Of a stretch of DNA of 64,000 nucleotides, positions 37,025 to 45,699 are shown in pieces. Position 1 is the first letter of the stretch. Each line of letters starts with the position of its first letter. This DNA is from an uncultured virus (IMG/VR IMGVR_UViG_3300037067_011375) (lineage: Duplodnaviria; Heunggongvirae; Uroviricota; Caudoviricetes): the IMG/VR virus record IMGVR_UViG_3300037067_011375, positions 1 to 64,000 of that record, one strand, 5' to 3'. Under the pieces are notes generated by a model. That model was not told the origin of the DNA, ran no database searches, and worked only from the letters and a program-made list of their open reading frames with translations. The translations under genes were made by a program, and so were the position numbers.

Positions 37025-38536
37025 ATGCGTAAAGTTCCAGTTGGTAAGAATGTCGCTCGCCGGCCTGTAGCGCCCCAGTCCACCGTGGCTGGCCGCCTCG
37101 CAGCTCTCCGGGCCCGTAGCCGTCGGGTCGCCGAGGGTTTCGAGAAGTTCACCGACGAGCCCGAGGTTGACCCCCGGGACGTGGAGTTCCTCGACGAGGA
37201 GCTTCCCGAGGGCGATATGGGTGATCTCGGTGACCTTGGCGATCTTGGTGACCTGGGCGACCTCGGGGATTTCGAGCCCTTGGATTCTGAGGAAGGCGGC
37301 GACGAGGGTGGCTGCGGTTGCCCGGTGGGCCAGCACTCCGAGTGCGTAGACGACGAGGCCGGTGAGGCTGACGAGAAGGATGACGACAAGGAGGAAAAGG
37401 ACGACGACAAGGAAGACAAGAAGGAGAAAAAGGAAAAGGACGACGAGGACAAGGATGACGACAAGGAGGACGACGTGAAGGAAGACAAGAAGGAGAAGGA
37501 CGCGTTGGTAGAGGAGCGGCTGGCCCGTTTCAAGGCGATCCAGAAGACCCGTCAGGCCGAGGCCTTCAAGGCTGCCCTGCCGGCCAAGAAGCCCGTTGCT
37601 GCCCCGGTCAAGACTGCGGAACCCGTTGTCCCCGTGGCTGCCCCCGCTCCGATCAAGACGGCCGAACCCGTTGTGGAGCCCGCAGCCGTGGTGGCACCTG
37701 CTGCCCCGGAGGCCGAGGAGTCCAAGATTTCGTGGAGCCCCCTGGTCACCGAGTCCATCCTGGCGGACCTCAAGGATCCCGAGGTTGACCTGACCCTCAA
37801 GTCGGCTTCGTCCAACCCGTACTATGTGCTCTGGATCAACGAGAAGCCCGTGGGTGAGCTTCATGAGGCCGACCTGGACCTCGACGATGCCGGCAAGGAC
37901 ACGTTCCGGTCGGCCCAGTACGTCAGTGGCGTCCGGGGCGTGATCCAGCAGTTCGGTGCCGTGGAGGCTCTCCGGGACCTCAAGCTCCGGTACTACGCTG
38001 CCAGCACCCAGGAGAACGACGCGATCAAGCGGGCCAAGACCGAGATCGCCCAGGATGCCGATGCTGCGTTCCGCAAGCGTGTCGCCACCATGGTGAACGA
38101 TATGTTCTCGACCATGAACCTGGCGTTCCAGGCGTCGCAGAAAAATTTCATTTTGCAAAACGCCCTCAAGGACGCGGTCGTCGAGAATTTCCGGTCCGCT
38201 GGGGTGCCCGAGGGTGTCGCGATCGACCTGATCGAGGACGCCTTCACGAAGGCGGGGCCCGAGTATTTCAAGGCGATGCTCAACAAGGCCCAGGAGTGGC
38301 TGGGCTACGAGCCCGAGGCACTTCGGCAGATCGAGGCCGAGGTTACCGCCATGCAGTACCGGCATCCCCGTGACCAGTTCGGTAGCCAGATCAACGACGA
38401 GATCCCTGCCGTGACGGTTCCCCGGGCCGCCAACGTGGCCCGGGTGGCCCAGACGGTTGTCGAGGATGACCTCGACACCATGATGGCGGCGGCCCGTCGA
38501 GTGGGTCGCGCCACCGTGAATCGTCCCCGCCAGTAA
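37025..38536 (+). CDS. putative scaffolding/prohead core protein
   Basis: Basic leader ending RRVA, highly acidic low-complexity region, Pro/Ala linker with two KTA, helical C-terminus; next to the protease; strong RBS. Confidence 0.5.
   Translation: MRKVPVGKNVARRPVAPQSTVAGRLAALRARSRRVAEGFEKFTDEPEVDPRDVEFLDEELPEGDMGDLGDLGDLGDLGDLGDFEPLDSEEGGDEGGCGCPVGQHSECVDDEAGEADEKDDDKEEKDDDKEDKKEKKEKDDEDKDDDKEDDVKEDKKEKDALVEERLARFKAIQKTRQAEAFKAALPAKKPVAAPVKTAEPVVPVAAPAPIKTAEPVVEPAAVVAPAAPEAEESKISWSPLVTESILADLKDPEVDLTLKSASSNPYYVLWINEKPVGELHEADLDLDDAGKDTFRSAQYVSGVRGVIQQFGAVEALRDLKLRYYAASTQENDAIKRAKTEIAQDADAAFRKRVATMVNDMFSTMNLAFQASQKNFILQNALKDAVVENFRSAGVPEGVAIDLIEDAFTKAGPEYFKAMLNKAQEWLGYEPEALRQIEAEVTAMQYRHPRDQFGSQINDEIPAVTVPRAANVARVAQTVVEDDLDTMMAAARRVGRATVNRPRQ
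37211..37273 (+). repeat. 7 x 9-bp coding tandem repeat (G-D-L)
   Basis: GGN-GAY-(L/M/F codon) units encoding GDMGDLGDLGDLGDLGDLGDF. Confidence 0.85.
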
Positions 38537-38543
38537 GTTCTTT

Positions 38544-38576
38544 GGGGCCGGCAGGTCAAATCTTGCGCCCCCTTTT
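38544..38576 (+). terminator. intrinsic terminator-like hairpin
   Basis: GGGGC..GCAGG-TCAAA-TCTTGC-GCCCC followed by TTTT. Confidence 0.55.
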
Positions 38577-38611
38577 CAGTGCTGCGGAATGTTGTGAAAA
38601 AAGGTAAATCT

Positions 38612-38896
38612 ATGAACCGTGTCATTCGCCACCACGGCCACATTTACAAGAAAAGCACTACTCAGGTTCTAGCCGATGGTCAGCCGCGTGATTTACTGAG
38701 CATGGCAGGGGAACACATTTTGCTCGCTGTGGGCAGTTTAGAGAGGGTCATCAACGGTCAAGAAGACCCCCAGTTTTTCGTGGAAAGTGACTCGTCGGGC
38801 AAGACGCTGTTCAGCATGGCAGAGAGACTAAAACAAATGCTCCGACTTATTGACAGGATTCACGACAGTATGGACAGCAAAGACTACTCAGATTAA
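38612..38896 (+). CDS. small protein with IRHHGHIY leader
   Basis: Leader MNRVIRHHGHIYKK closely resembles that of 33584. Confidence 0.6.
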   Translation: MNRVIRHHGHIYKKSTTQVLADGQPRDLLSMAGEHILLAVGSLERVINGQEDPQFFVESDSSGKTLFSMAERLKQMLRLIDRIHDSMDSKDYSD

Positions 38897-38937
38897 ACCA
38901 TACTGAGTTTAGACCTCTTTCAGCATCAGGAACAGCC

Positions 38938-39714
38938 ATGTCAGCACCGTACAGAATCGTCCAGCAAGGCCCCGGGATCCACGTCGGCGACGTCATGTCG
39001 GCCACCCTGGTTGACGGCCGTCCCCTCACGATCGAGGGGTACAGGCTTGAGCAGTACCAGCGGTCCGGCAAGACCATTGTGGCCGGTGAGGGACTTAATG
39101 CCTGTGCCTGCGGGGCCCTGGAGATTGACTGGCTTCCTTTTGCCGCCGAGCAGTACCACTGCAGCCCCGATATCAAGGACTACGTCCTGGTAGAAGTGCC
39201 CACGGTAGTTGCCACTTTCCCTAACCGAAATGGCGATGCTTTCCCCTACGAGGAACTGACCGCGTGGCGCACCATGGCGGGACGCCCTGCGTACAAGACA
39301 TTCATTGGAAAGCCGGTCCACCAGGACCACGACAACCAGGACGACACCAAGGCCAAGGGGGTCATTTTTGACGCGACACTTCGGAAGCATCGTGGTCAGC
39401 CCCATGTCGTGATTTTGAAGGGCTTCGACCGGTCCAAAGACCAGCGGCTTGCCGAAATGGTCCAGAAAAAAAACCGTGTTGGCCATTCCATGGGGACCCT
39501 GGTTGAGGAAACTGAATGTTCCATTCCGTCGTGTCGCTATCGCGGCGACGGGATCAAAACCTGCCAGTGCATCCGTCAGGGTGCCGGCAAGGGTGAAATC
39601 GTCAACGGACACCTTGTTTATGAATTGCTCCGTCGGTTCACCTTCATAGAGGACTCAAGCGTAGAGGACCAGGCTAATGTTTCAGCCGTGAGCGACCGCA
39701 TCTGGAATCCATAG
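38938..39714 (+). CDS. prohead (capsid maturation) serine protease, clan SH-like, with Cys-rich insert
   Basis: NRNGDAF, FIGKPVHQDH (His), KGVIFDA, GHSMG (Ser), CSIPSC..C.C, F.E.S.V..A; located in the head cluster. Confidence 0.7.
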   Translation: MSAPYRIVQQGPGIHVGDVMSATLVDGRPLTIEGYRLEQYQRSGKTIVAGEGLNACACGALEIDWLPFAAEQYHCSPDIKDYVLVEVPTVVATFPNRNGDAFPYEELTAWRTMAGRPAYKTFIGKPVHQDHDNQDDTKAKGVIFDATLRKHRGQPHVVILKGFDRSKDQRLAEMVQKKNRVGHSMGTLVEETECSIPSCRYRGDGIKTCQCIRQGAGKGEIVNGHLVYELLRRFTFIEDSSVEDQANVSAVSDRIWNP

Positions 39715-39722
39715 AGGGCAAC

Positions 39723-40742
39723 ATGACCATTTTCTATATCGACACCGTTGAGGCTCTGGACCGCTGGTTCGGCAAGATCAAGGGATACACCCGCGTGGAA
39801 GCCAACAACACCGGTTACTACCAAGAGGACATGGAGCCGTCGTTCATCAATGGCGAAGAACTTGTCCAGGCGGTTCTGGACCAGATGCACCCCTATGTCA
39901 TCCGGGCTTATTCTGAGCCGGAACTCATGACTGTCGACGTGGATATGCGGACCCTGCTCTACGACTATATGGTGGGGACTGGTGCCCGCGACGGCGACTA
40001 CACCGAGCAGGATCTTGAGGCCGAGATGGAAGACAACGCCCTCGGGATCCTCACGGGCGTAAAGCGCGAAATGGAAATCAGGGTAGACCCATACCAGTAC
40101 GTTCATGAAGATTTTAATGCTGACCAAGGCGGCGAAGAAGCGCCTGCCCAGCGACATTCTCACGTAACCCATGGCTCCCAGGAGCCGCGAAAGGAATCTG
40201 TCATGACCCAGAGGAACCGTCCCGCACGCCGCCGTGCCAATGCTGATGTTGCTCGCGCGCAGGCCCGCACCGCCATGAAGCTCCGGATGGAGAACCAGCG
40301 GACAGCAGCCGTGAACCGTCTCCGCCGTCGTCTCGCTGCTGTCCGGGCCGCCAGGGCCGAGCGGGTTGCCGCTGCCCAGCCCGAGGCCCAGGAGACCCGT
40401 CGTCCCAGCCGTATCCTCAGGTCTGCTGCCGAGCGTTCCGTGGCCCGTCGGGACCACGAGGTCACGACCAAGAGCGTGGCCCGCGATGAGGTTCGTCGTC
40501 GCATCGCCGCGATCCGCCAGAAGGCCGCGGCGGCCCGGTTGGCCGCTGGCCAGCAAGATACTCAGCCCGAGGTCAAGCCGGCCGATCGTTTTGCTGCCCT
40601 TCGTGAGCGCCTGGCCCAGCGGCGTCGCATTGCTGCGATCCGGACCGCCCTGGCCGAGCGTCGTGCTTCGGTAGAACATGACGCTGAAGTGGCCCCTCCG
40701 GTCATCCGGGTCAAGGGCGTCAGGTACGAGAGGATCGACTGA
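39723..40742 (+). CDS. bipartite protein: acidic N-domain plus very Arg/Ala-rich C-domain (possible internal start at 40203)
   Basis: Composition; internal AAGGA RBS before ATG 40203. Confidence 0.6.
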   Translation: MTIFYIDTVEALDRWFGKIKGYTRVEANNTGYYQEDMEPSFINGEELVQAVLDQMHPYVIRAYSEPELMTVDVDMRTLLYDYMVGTGARDGDYTEQDLEAEMEDNALGILTGVKREMEIRVDPYQYVHEDFNADQGGEEAPAQRHSHVTHGSQEPRKESVMTQRNRPARRRANADVARAQARTAMKLRMENQRTAAVNRLRRRLAAVRAARAERVAAAQPEAQETRRPSRILRSAAERSVARRDHEVTTKSVARDEVRRRIAAIRQKAAAARLAAGQQDTQPEVKPADRFAALRERLAQRRRIAAIRTALAERRASVEHDAEVAPPVIRVKGVRYERID

Positions 40743-40756
40743 CCAATAGTTTCGTT

Positions 40757-40788
40757 GGTTCCGTGAGGTCAAATCTCGCGGAACCTTT
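40757..40788 (+). terminator. terminator-like hairpin
   Basis: GGTTCCGTGAGG-TCAAA-TCTCGCGGAACC followed by TTT. Confidence 0.6.
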
Positions 40789-40815
40789 CGGCACCATGTG
40801 CCCCTCGAGAATAAA

Positions 40816-41085
40816 ATGAAAAATCCTCGTGTTAGGACCGCGGCAGAACAACGATTCGACCGTGACGCTATTTTCCAGTGGGTCGTGTCGGTCATGACGG
40901 CCGCGACCGACGAGTTGGAAAACATTTCTGTCGCGATCCAGGATATTGACACGAGCGAAAATCCTGCCGACGGCACCGAAATGCGGGCCGTCCTGCAGGA
41001 GCGAATCGGTCAGATCGAAACCACGGTGGACTGGTGCATCGCGAAGATTACGGCGCTGCGTCCGGCCAAGCCCCAGGCCCGCTAA
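40816..41085 (+). CDS. small helical protein with VRTA leader
   Basis: MKNPRVRTA|AEQ. Confidence 0.55.
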   Translation: MKNPRVRTAAEQRFDRDAIFQWVVSVMTAATDELENISVAIQDIDTSENPADGTEMRAVLQERIGQIETTVDWCIAKITALRPAKPQAR

Positions 41086-41099
41086 CCAAAGGAATCAAG

Positions 41100-41999
41100 A
41101 TGAACATCCAGGACAAGTCAGTCATCAAGGCATTTGCGAATCGTCAGGCCCGCAAGGTTGAGGGCACCAACTTGGTGTCGGCCAACGGCACCCTGCAGTA
41201 CCGTGGGGTGGTTGTTGCCCGATGGAATCGTGGTCGCGTGGAAACAGCACGGAACCGCGTGGAGCCCAGGGTGTTCAGCGTGATCCAGGGGTCACTCCGC
41301 AGCGCTACTGTCAAGACTGCCGACGATGCCGGTGTCGTGGCTCCTCCTGCTGCGGCACCCATGGGTCCTGCTGATGGAATGCCGGGGGCTGGCGCCGCCC
41401 CTGTGGCCCCCCGGGGTTCGGTGTCGCCTGGCCTCAAGGCCGCGATGGGCACGGCCCTGTCGGAAGTATTCGACGAGTTTGGTCCCGAGATCTACAACGG
41501 GATCGTCAAGGCCACGACCGCGGCGCTCAAGACCGCGTTCACGTCAGGGGTCCAGGAAATCCAGACGACCGTCCAGACGGAGTTTGGCGAGAAGGGCGTC
41601 GAGCAGGCCCAGCGGTATTTCCGTCGGTGGCTCCAGGAAATCACCTCGGACGTGTCGCAATACGGGGTCGCCGACATTATCCTGGCGGCCGAGCACACGG
41701 CCGCGACCCTCGCGGCCGACTTCCCCGAGGAGCAAGCCCCGGACGCCGGGGTTGCCGACCTGGCTGCCCAGGAACCCCAGGGTCAGGAGCCCGCCGAGGA
41801 CTTGATGCCAGTCGAGGAGCTGCCTGACCTGGAGGCTGTGGAGCCTGCCGCTGAACCTGCCGCGACCGAAACCCCCGCGGTCCCGGCTGCCCCGCCGGCT
41901 GGTGGTGCCCCTGGTCAGCCCGTTGACCTCCTGGCGCAACCTGTTGCTGCCCTTACGCCTCGTCAAATCGTTCTAAAGCCCCGCGTTACCCGGCGCTAA
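41100..41999 (+). CDS. putative head protein: basic N-region ending VKTA, acidic Pro/Ala-rich body
   Basis: RBS AAAGGA; composition switches at VKTA. Confidence 0.6.
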   Translation: MNIQDKSVIKAFANRQARKVEGTNLVSANGTLQYRGVVVARWNRGRVETARNRVEPRVFSVIQGSLRSATVKTADDAGVVAPPAAAPMGPADGMPGAGAAPVAPRGSVSPGLKAAMGTALSEVFDEFGPEIYNGIVKATTAALKTAFTSGVQEIQTTVQTEFGEKGVEQAQRYFRRWLQEITSDVSQYGVADIILAAEHTAATLAADFPEEQAPDAGVADLAAQEPQGQEPAEDLMPVEELPDLEAVEPAAEPAATETPAVPAAPPAGGAPGQPVDLLAQPVAALTPRQIVLKPRVTRR

Positions 42000-42015
42000 A
42001 AAGGAAACCATCACC

Positions 42016-42852
42016 ATGGCAAACCAAAATCGTCGCAATGCTTTCCGTCGTCTCGCCGATGCACCCCCCAGGTTCACCGAGCAGGATGAGTGCAGCCAGT
42101 TGGTTCATGACATCGAGGAAGCTGAAGCCCTTGGAATGGGCCAGGCGGCCAAGCAACTCCGGGATGAACTGGCCAGGATGTGCCCGGACAAGAAGGTGGC
42201 GACGAAGGTTGCCAGTATAGACGCACTGGCTTCTCTTACCCAGAATCTGCTAAGATTCTTGGACACGGATCCAGTTTTAGAGCAAGACTCAGATATTACG
42301 AAATATATGCAGCGGGCGTACAAAATGGGCCACTATGATGGTCAGCAAGTGGGCTATGATGAAGGGTACGCTGCGGCCAAGACATCTGTTTCTTATGCTG
42401 CCACCCGCAAGGCCGCAGTCGACCTGACCGAACAGGAACTCGCTGTGCTCAATCGCGCGTTCACGGTGCTGCAGACCAAGGGGATCAGTCTGGACGAAGC
42501 GGTCCAGCAGTTCGAAGAAAGCAAGAAGGAAAAGAAGGCGTCGGTTCGCCGTCGTGCCGTTTCGACCAAGTTGACCGATTCCATCGACTGCGAGGACATC
42601 TTGGGTGGAACCATTACCCAGGATGGTGGTTTCTGCGCTGACCTGAACAAGAAGCCTGGCAAGGCTCAGTACATGGAAAAGGCCGCTGCACTTCGTCGCC
42701 GTCGTCTGTCCACCGGGATCGCCAAGAAGGAATCCGACCCGATCGAGTGCGATGACATCCTGGGGGGCGACGTCACGGAAGACAAGGGATTCTGCCAGGC
42801 TCTGAAGTCCAAGCCCAAGGTCAAGAAGTTTCAGATTGACCGAGCAGAGTAG
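42016..42852 (+). CDS. modular protein of short domains separated by basic-x-Ala linkers
   Basis: RRLA, KVA, RKA and RRRA linkers; two copies of a C-x-DILGG..GFC module. Confidence 0.65.
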   Translation: MANQNRRNAFRRLADAPPRFTEQDECSQLVHDIEEAEALGMGQAAKQLRDELARMCPDKKVATKVASIDALASLTQNLLRFLDTDPVLEQDSDITKYMQRAYKMGHYDGQQVGYDEGYAAAKTSVSYAATRKAAVDLTEQELAVLNRAFTVLQTKGISLDEAVQQFEESKKEKKASVRRRAVSTKLTDSIDCEDILGGTITQDGGFCADLNKKPGKAQYMEKAAALRRRRLSTGIAKKESDPIECDDILGGDVTEDKGFCQALKSKPKVKKFQIDRAE

Positions 42853-43286
42853 CCAAAAGGAACACTCCAATGCCGACCCCTCTGCTGAGCCCCATGGATA
42901 AATTTACGGTCGTGGCGATTCCAGATCACATTGACCCTGACCACGCGGAAGTGTGGGAGCAAGAAAACTGGGTTGACCTAATTTGGACCGACGTGACCCT
43001 GGACCAGTACAGGATGATTTGTCGTGGAATGCTGCCACAGGACGCGACCCATGAACAGCATTTCTTTTTTGCCGCTGACGTACCGGTCCAGGCGTTGATC
43101 CGGTGGGTAAAGGGCAAGATTGCCCAGCAGTCCAGGATGGCCGGGGTTCATCGTCGTGCTGTCTCCACCAAGTTGACCGATTCCATCGACTGTGAGGATA
43201 TCCTGGGCGGCACCGTCAAGCAGGATGGTGGCTTCTGCGCCGACCTGAACAAGAAGCCACGTGCGCCCCAGTATATGGAGAAGGCG
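42550..43286 (+). repeat. 135-bp module duplicated in two adjacent genes (42550-42684 and 43152-43286)
   Basis: Both encode RRAVSTKLTDSIDCEDILGGT..QDGGFCADLNKKP...QYMEKA, with mostly synonymous differences. Confidence 0.9.
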
Positions 43287-43316
43287 ACGGCGCAACGCCG
43301 TCGCATGCCCCGTTAA
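42870..43316 (+). CDS. hypothetical protein carrying the duplicated module
   Basis: RBS AAAGGA. Confidence 0.65.
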   Translation: MPTPLLSPMDKFTVVAIPDHIDPDHAEVWEQENWVDLIWTDVTLDQYRMICRGMLPQDATHEQHFFFAADVPVQALIRWVKGKIAQQSRMAGVHRRAVSTKLTDSIDCEDILGGTVKQDGGFCADLNKKPRAPQYMEKATAQRRRMPR

Positions 43317-43320
43317 CCAG

Positions 43321-43596
43321 ATGTTCCGCACCGGCTCCGCCATGCTGGACGGGATCCTCTCGACCGTTGCGAAACAGCAGTTGGCCAGCAGGGAAGATCG
43401 TGTTGATGAAGCCCGGCAACAGTTTGACTCCTGCTCGGTGCGAGAAATGTTGACTGGGATCGCCGACCTTCAGGCCCAGCAGTACCGGGATTTCGACCTC
43501 CATTTTGGCAATCAGCCGAAGTCCAATTTTTCCATGACCATCAGGGCTGCCCTGGCCCAGTGGGCCGCAGACATTACTCGTGATGAATCTCGTTGA
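43321..43596 (+). CDS. hypothetical protein
   Basis: Packed ORF; start uncertain. Confidence 0.45.
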   Translation: MFRTGSAMLDGILSTVAKQQLASREDRVDEARQQFDSCSVREMLTGIADLQAQQYRDFDLHFGNQPKSNFSMTIRAALAQWAADITRDESR

Positions 43597-44002
43597 TCTC
43601 AACCGTGCCGTCGTCGCTGCTGCCCGACAGGCCAAGCCGGTCGGTAGGGTTTTGTTCGCTGGGCTCACCAGGATCACGGCCGTCAGGACCGCCGACTGGA
43701 AATACCGTCAGTATACCAATCCGTCAGCCCCGTCGCCCGCCACGGCCCTGGCGTTGCGGCCAGGCGGCGTCATCACGGTGTCGTTGCAGAATCACCCGGC
43801 CACCGCGTATATTGACTCGGTCCGCAGGATCCAGCATAATGGCCGCCCCACTTTCATTAAACTGGTCCTCATGATCGACACGTCCAAGTTGGCCGTGACG
43901 CTTGACCATGAAACCAAGTGTTCCTGCCTGTACTGCGGAACAGAACCCCGGGATAATTCGCCGTCGTGCAGATCATGCGGCGCTCCCTTGCCGAACTGCT
44001 GA
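43583..44002 (+). CDS. hypothetical protein with C-terminal Zn ribbon
   Basis: CLYCG...CRSCG. Confidence 0.6.
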   Translation: MNLVDLNRAVVAAARQAKPVGRVLFAGLTRITAVRTADWKYRQYTNPSAPSPATALALRPGGVITVSLQNHPATAYIDSVRRIQHNGRPTFIKLVLMIDTSKLAVTLDHETKCSCLYCGTEPRDNSPSCRSCGAPLPNC

Positions 44003-44015
44003 AAAGGAAACCAAA

Positions 44016-44525
44016 ATGATCCGTAGAAATCGCCGTGTTGCATCACCAGAGTTCACCAGTTACGAGGAGGCGTGGGCATTTGCTGGCCCCAAGGTCAAGC
44101 AGATTGCCGACGACATCGCCGAGCAACTCCAGATGGTCCAGGAAGCCTTGGCGGCCGAAGGGATCGCTGTCGAGGTTACACCCCCATTTGAAGACCATAG
44201 TGACGACTATGGGTTTCTGCTCGGGATAGCAGTCACGGAACCAGATTCTGCCACCGGAGATCTGAACGACGACCTGACTGTTGACGTGCAAGTTAGCCTA
44301 CTGGACAGCACCGACGCGTCAGAGCCAACCGATCCAGACTGGGGCGTCAATATCAGTGTGAACGTTTCGACCGCAGCTGGCCGAATGTTGGGCGGGTATG
44401 CCCCGTATAATTATTCCGATCGAGTCTGGACCAAGAGCCCTGAGGAGTTGACCAGCAGGATGGATCAGTTTGACGCCAGCGCCGTGGCCGATGCGATCAC
44501 TGATTTCTACGCTAAAAACGCTTAA
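44016..44525 (+). CDS. acidic protein with MIRRNRRVA leader
   Basis: RBS AAAGGA; basic leader then acidic body. Confidence 0.65.
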   Translation: MIRRNRRVASPEFTSYEEAWAFAGPKVKQIADDIAEQLQMVQEALAAEGIAVEVTPPFEDHSDDYGFLLGIAVTEPDSATGDLNDDLTVDVQVSLLDSTDASEPTDPDWGVNISVNVSTAAGRMLGGYAPYNYSDRVWTKSPEELTSRMDQFDASAVADAITDFYAKNA

Positions 44526-44585
44526 TTCAACATTTTCTTCTCGCCCGTTCCTCTGCCAGTTTTCCCGCCTGATTAAATCGCCGGT

Positions 44586-44601
44586 CACGTTACTTTATAG
44601 T
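44586..44601 (+). promoter_or_regulatory. CACGTTA-type putative late promoter
   Basis: CACGTTACTTTATAGT. Confidence 0.65.
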
Positions 44602-44704
44602 AGCGAATCACCACATCAACCAAACTGCTGGATCAAGAATTTCGATAAATCGGCGTTAAGCCGGAAAACCATGGCTCATGGGAGCCAGCACAATGGAGGC
44701 CAAG

Positions 44705-45532
44705 ATGGCTATTGCTCCTGGTGCTTCTCAGCGCGGGAAGCTGGATCGTACGCGCAGTCGTTTCACTCGCGTGACCGAATTTCCTCTGGTCACGGGGGTT
44801 CCGTTCACTGAGGAAGGTCAGCTCGCCATGGCGGTGAACACCGGGACTGGTGTTCATGCAAGCCCGTCGATGGCCGTGGCGGCCAACACTGAGGTTCCGC
44901 TCGGCGTGATCCTCAACGGCACCATCATGGCGTCGACTTTCACGCATTTCGAGACCGGGACCGTCCCGGCCGCCCTGACCCACCAGCTCAAGTTCAACAA
45001 CCTGGCGGTGAGTGACCGCTGGACCCCCCTGGTCGAGGCGTATTGCTACGTGGTGGCCAGCGGGCTGGAAATCCCCGTGACCGCAGCTGCCGCTGCCGCG
45101 GGTTCCTGTATGATCAATCAGGCCACCGGGCTCGTGACCTTCAACGCCCTGCAGACCGGCGGCATCCTTTCCATGGTTGGGGTGGCATTTGCGATTCGCT
45201 ATCGCTGGAACATGACCGTGATCCAGTCGTTGTCGTTCTGCAAGTCCAGCCCGATTGGTCGTAGTTCCGAGGGGCTCTACGAGAAGATCATGATCGGGCG
45301 CGGCCATGGTTGCCGCTGCTTCACGACCCACTACGACGCCGACGCCATCTGGACCCTCGGGATGCAGACCGGCGCGACCAACTCGCCGTGCCTCGGGGTT
45401 AATGGGCTCTGGTCCACGATCACGAATACCACGGGTGGTCCGCTGGCTGGTCCTGGCACGGCTTTCGGGCGCGTCATTTCGCTCCCGAGCGCCAATGACC
45501 CGTATGTTGGGTTTGAGTACAACACCCCGTAG
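44705..45532 (+). CDS. putative head decoration/structural protein, copy 1
   Basis: Upstream of the MCP; Gly/Thr/Ala-rich; highly similar to 45700..46509. Confidence 0.6.
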   Translation: MAIAPGASQRGKLDRTRSRFTRVTEFPLVTGVPFTEEGQLAMAVNTGTGVHASPSMAVAANTEVPLGVILNGTIMASTFTHFETGTVPAALTHQLKFNNLAVSDRWTPLVEAYCYVVASGLEIPVTAAAAAAGSCMINQATGLVTFNALQTGGILSMVGVAFAIRYRWNMTVIQSLSFCKSSPIGRSSEGLYEKIMIGRGHGCRCFTTHYDADAIWTLGMQTGATNSPCLGVNGLWSTITNTTGGPLAGPGTAFGRVISLPSANDPYVGFEYNTP

Positions 45533-45584
45533 CCGAGATGCTGATTTTGCGACTACATAGCGCGGCCCCGATTAAATCGTTAGG

Positions 45585-45600
45585 CACGTTATTCTATAGT
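45585..45600 (+). promoter_or_regulatory. CACGTTA-type putative late promoter
   Basis: CACGTTATTCTATAGT, within a duplicated upstream region. Confidence 0.65.
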
Positions 45601-45699
45601 AGCAAATCACCGCATCAACTGATCAGCAGCATCAACGAAAGTGTCGAGACCAATCTCGACCGAATAATCGGCTCCCTTGAGCCCTAACTTTTGGAGGCC

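Noticed and set aside
37211..37500. Tandem repeats as a CRISPR or regulatory array
   Set aside because: In-frame low-complexity coding repeats (GDL, DDKE) with synonymous variation and no spacers
42550..43286. Diversity-generating retroelement template/variable repeat pair
   Set aside because: Differences are mostly synonymous third-position changes rather than adenine-specific, and there is no reverse transcriptase in the window
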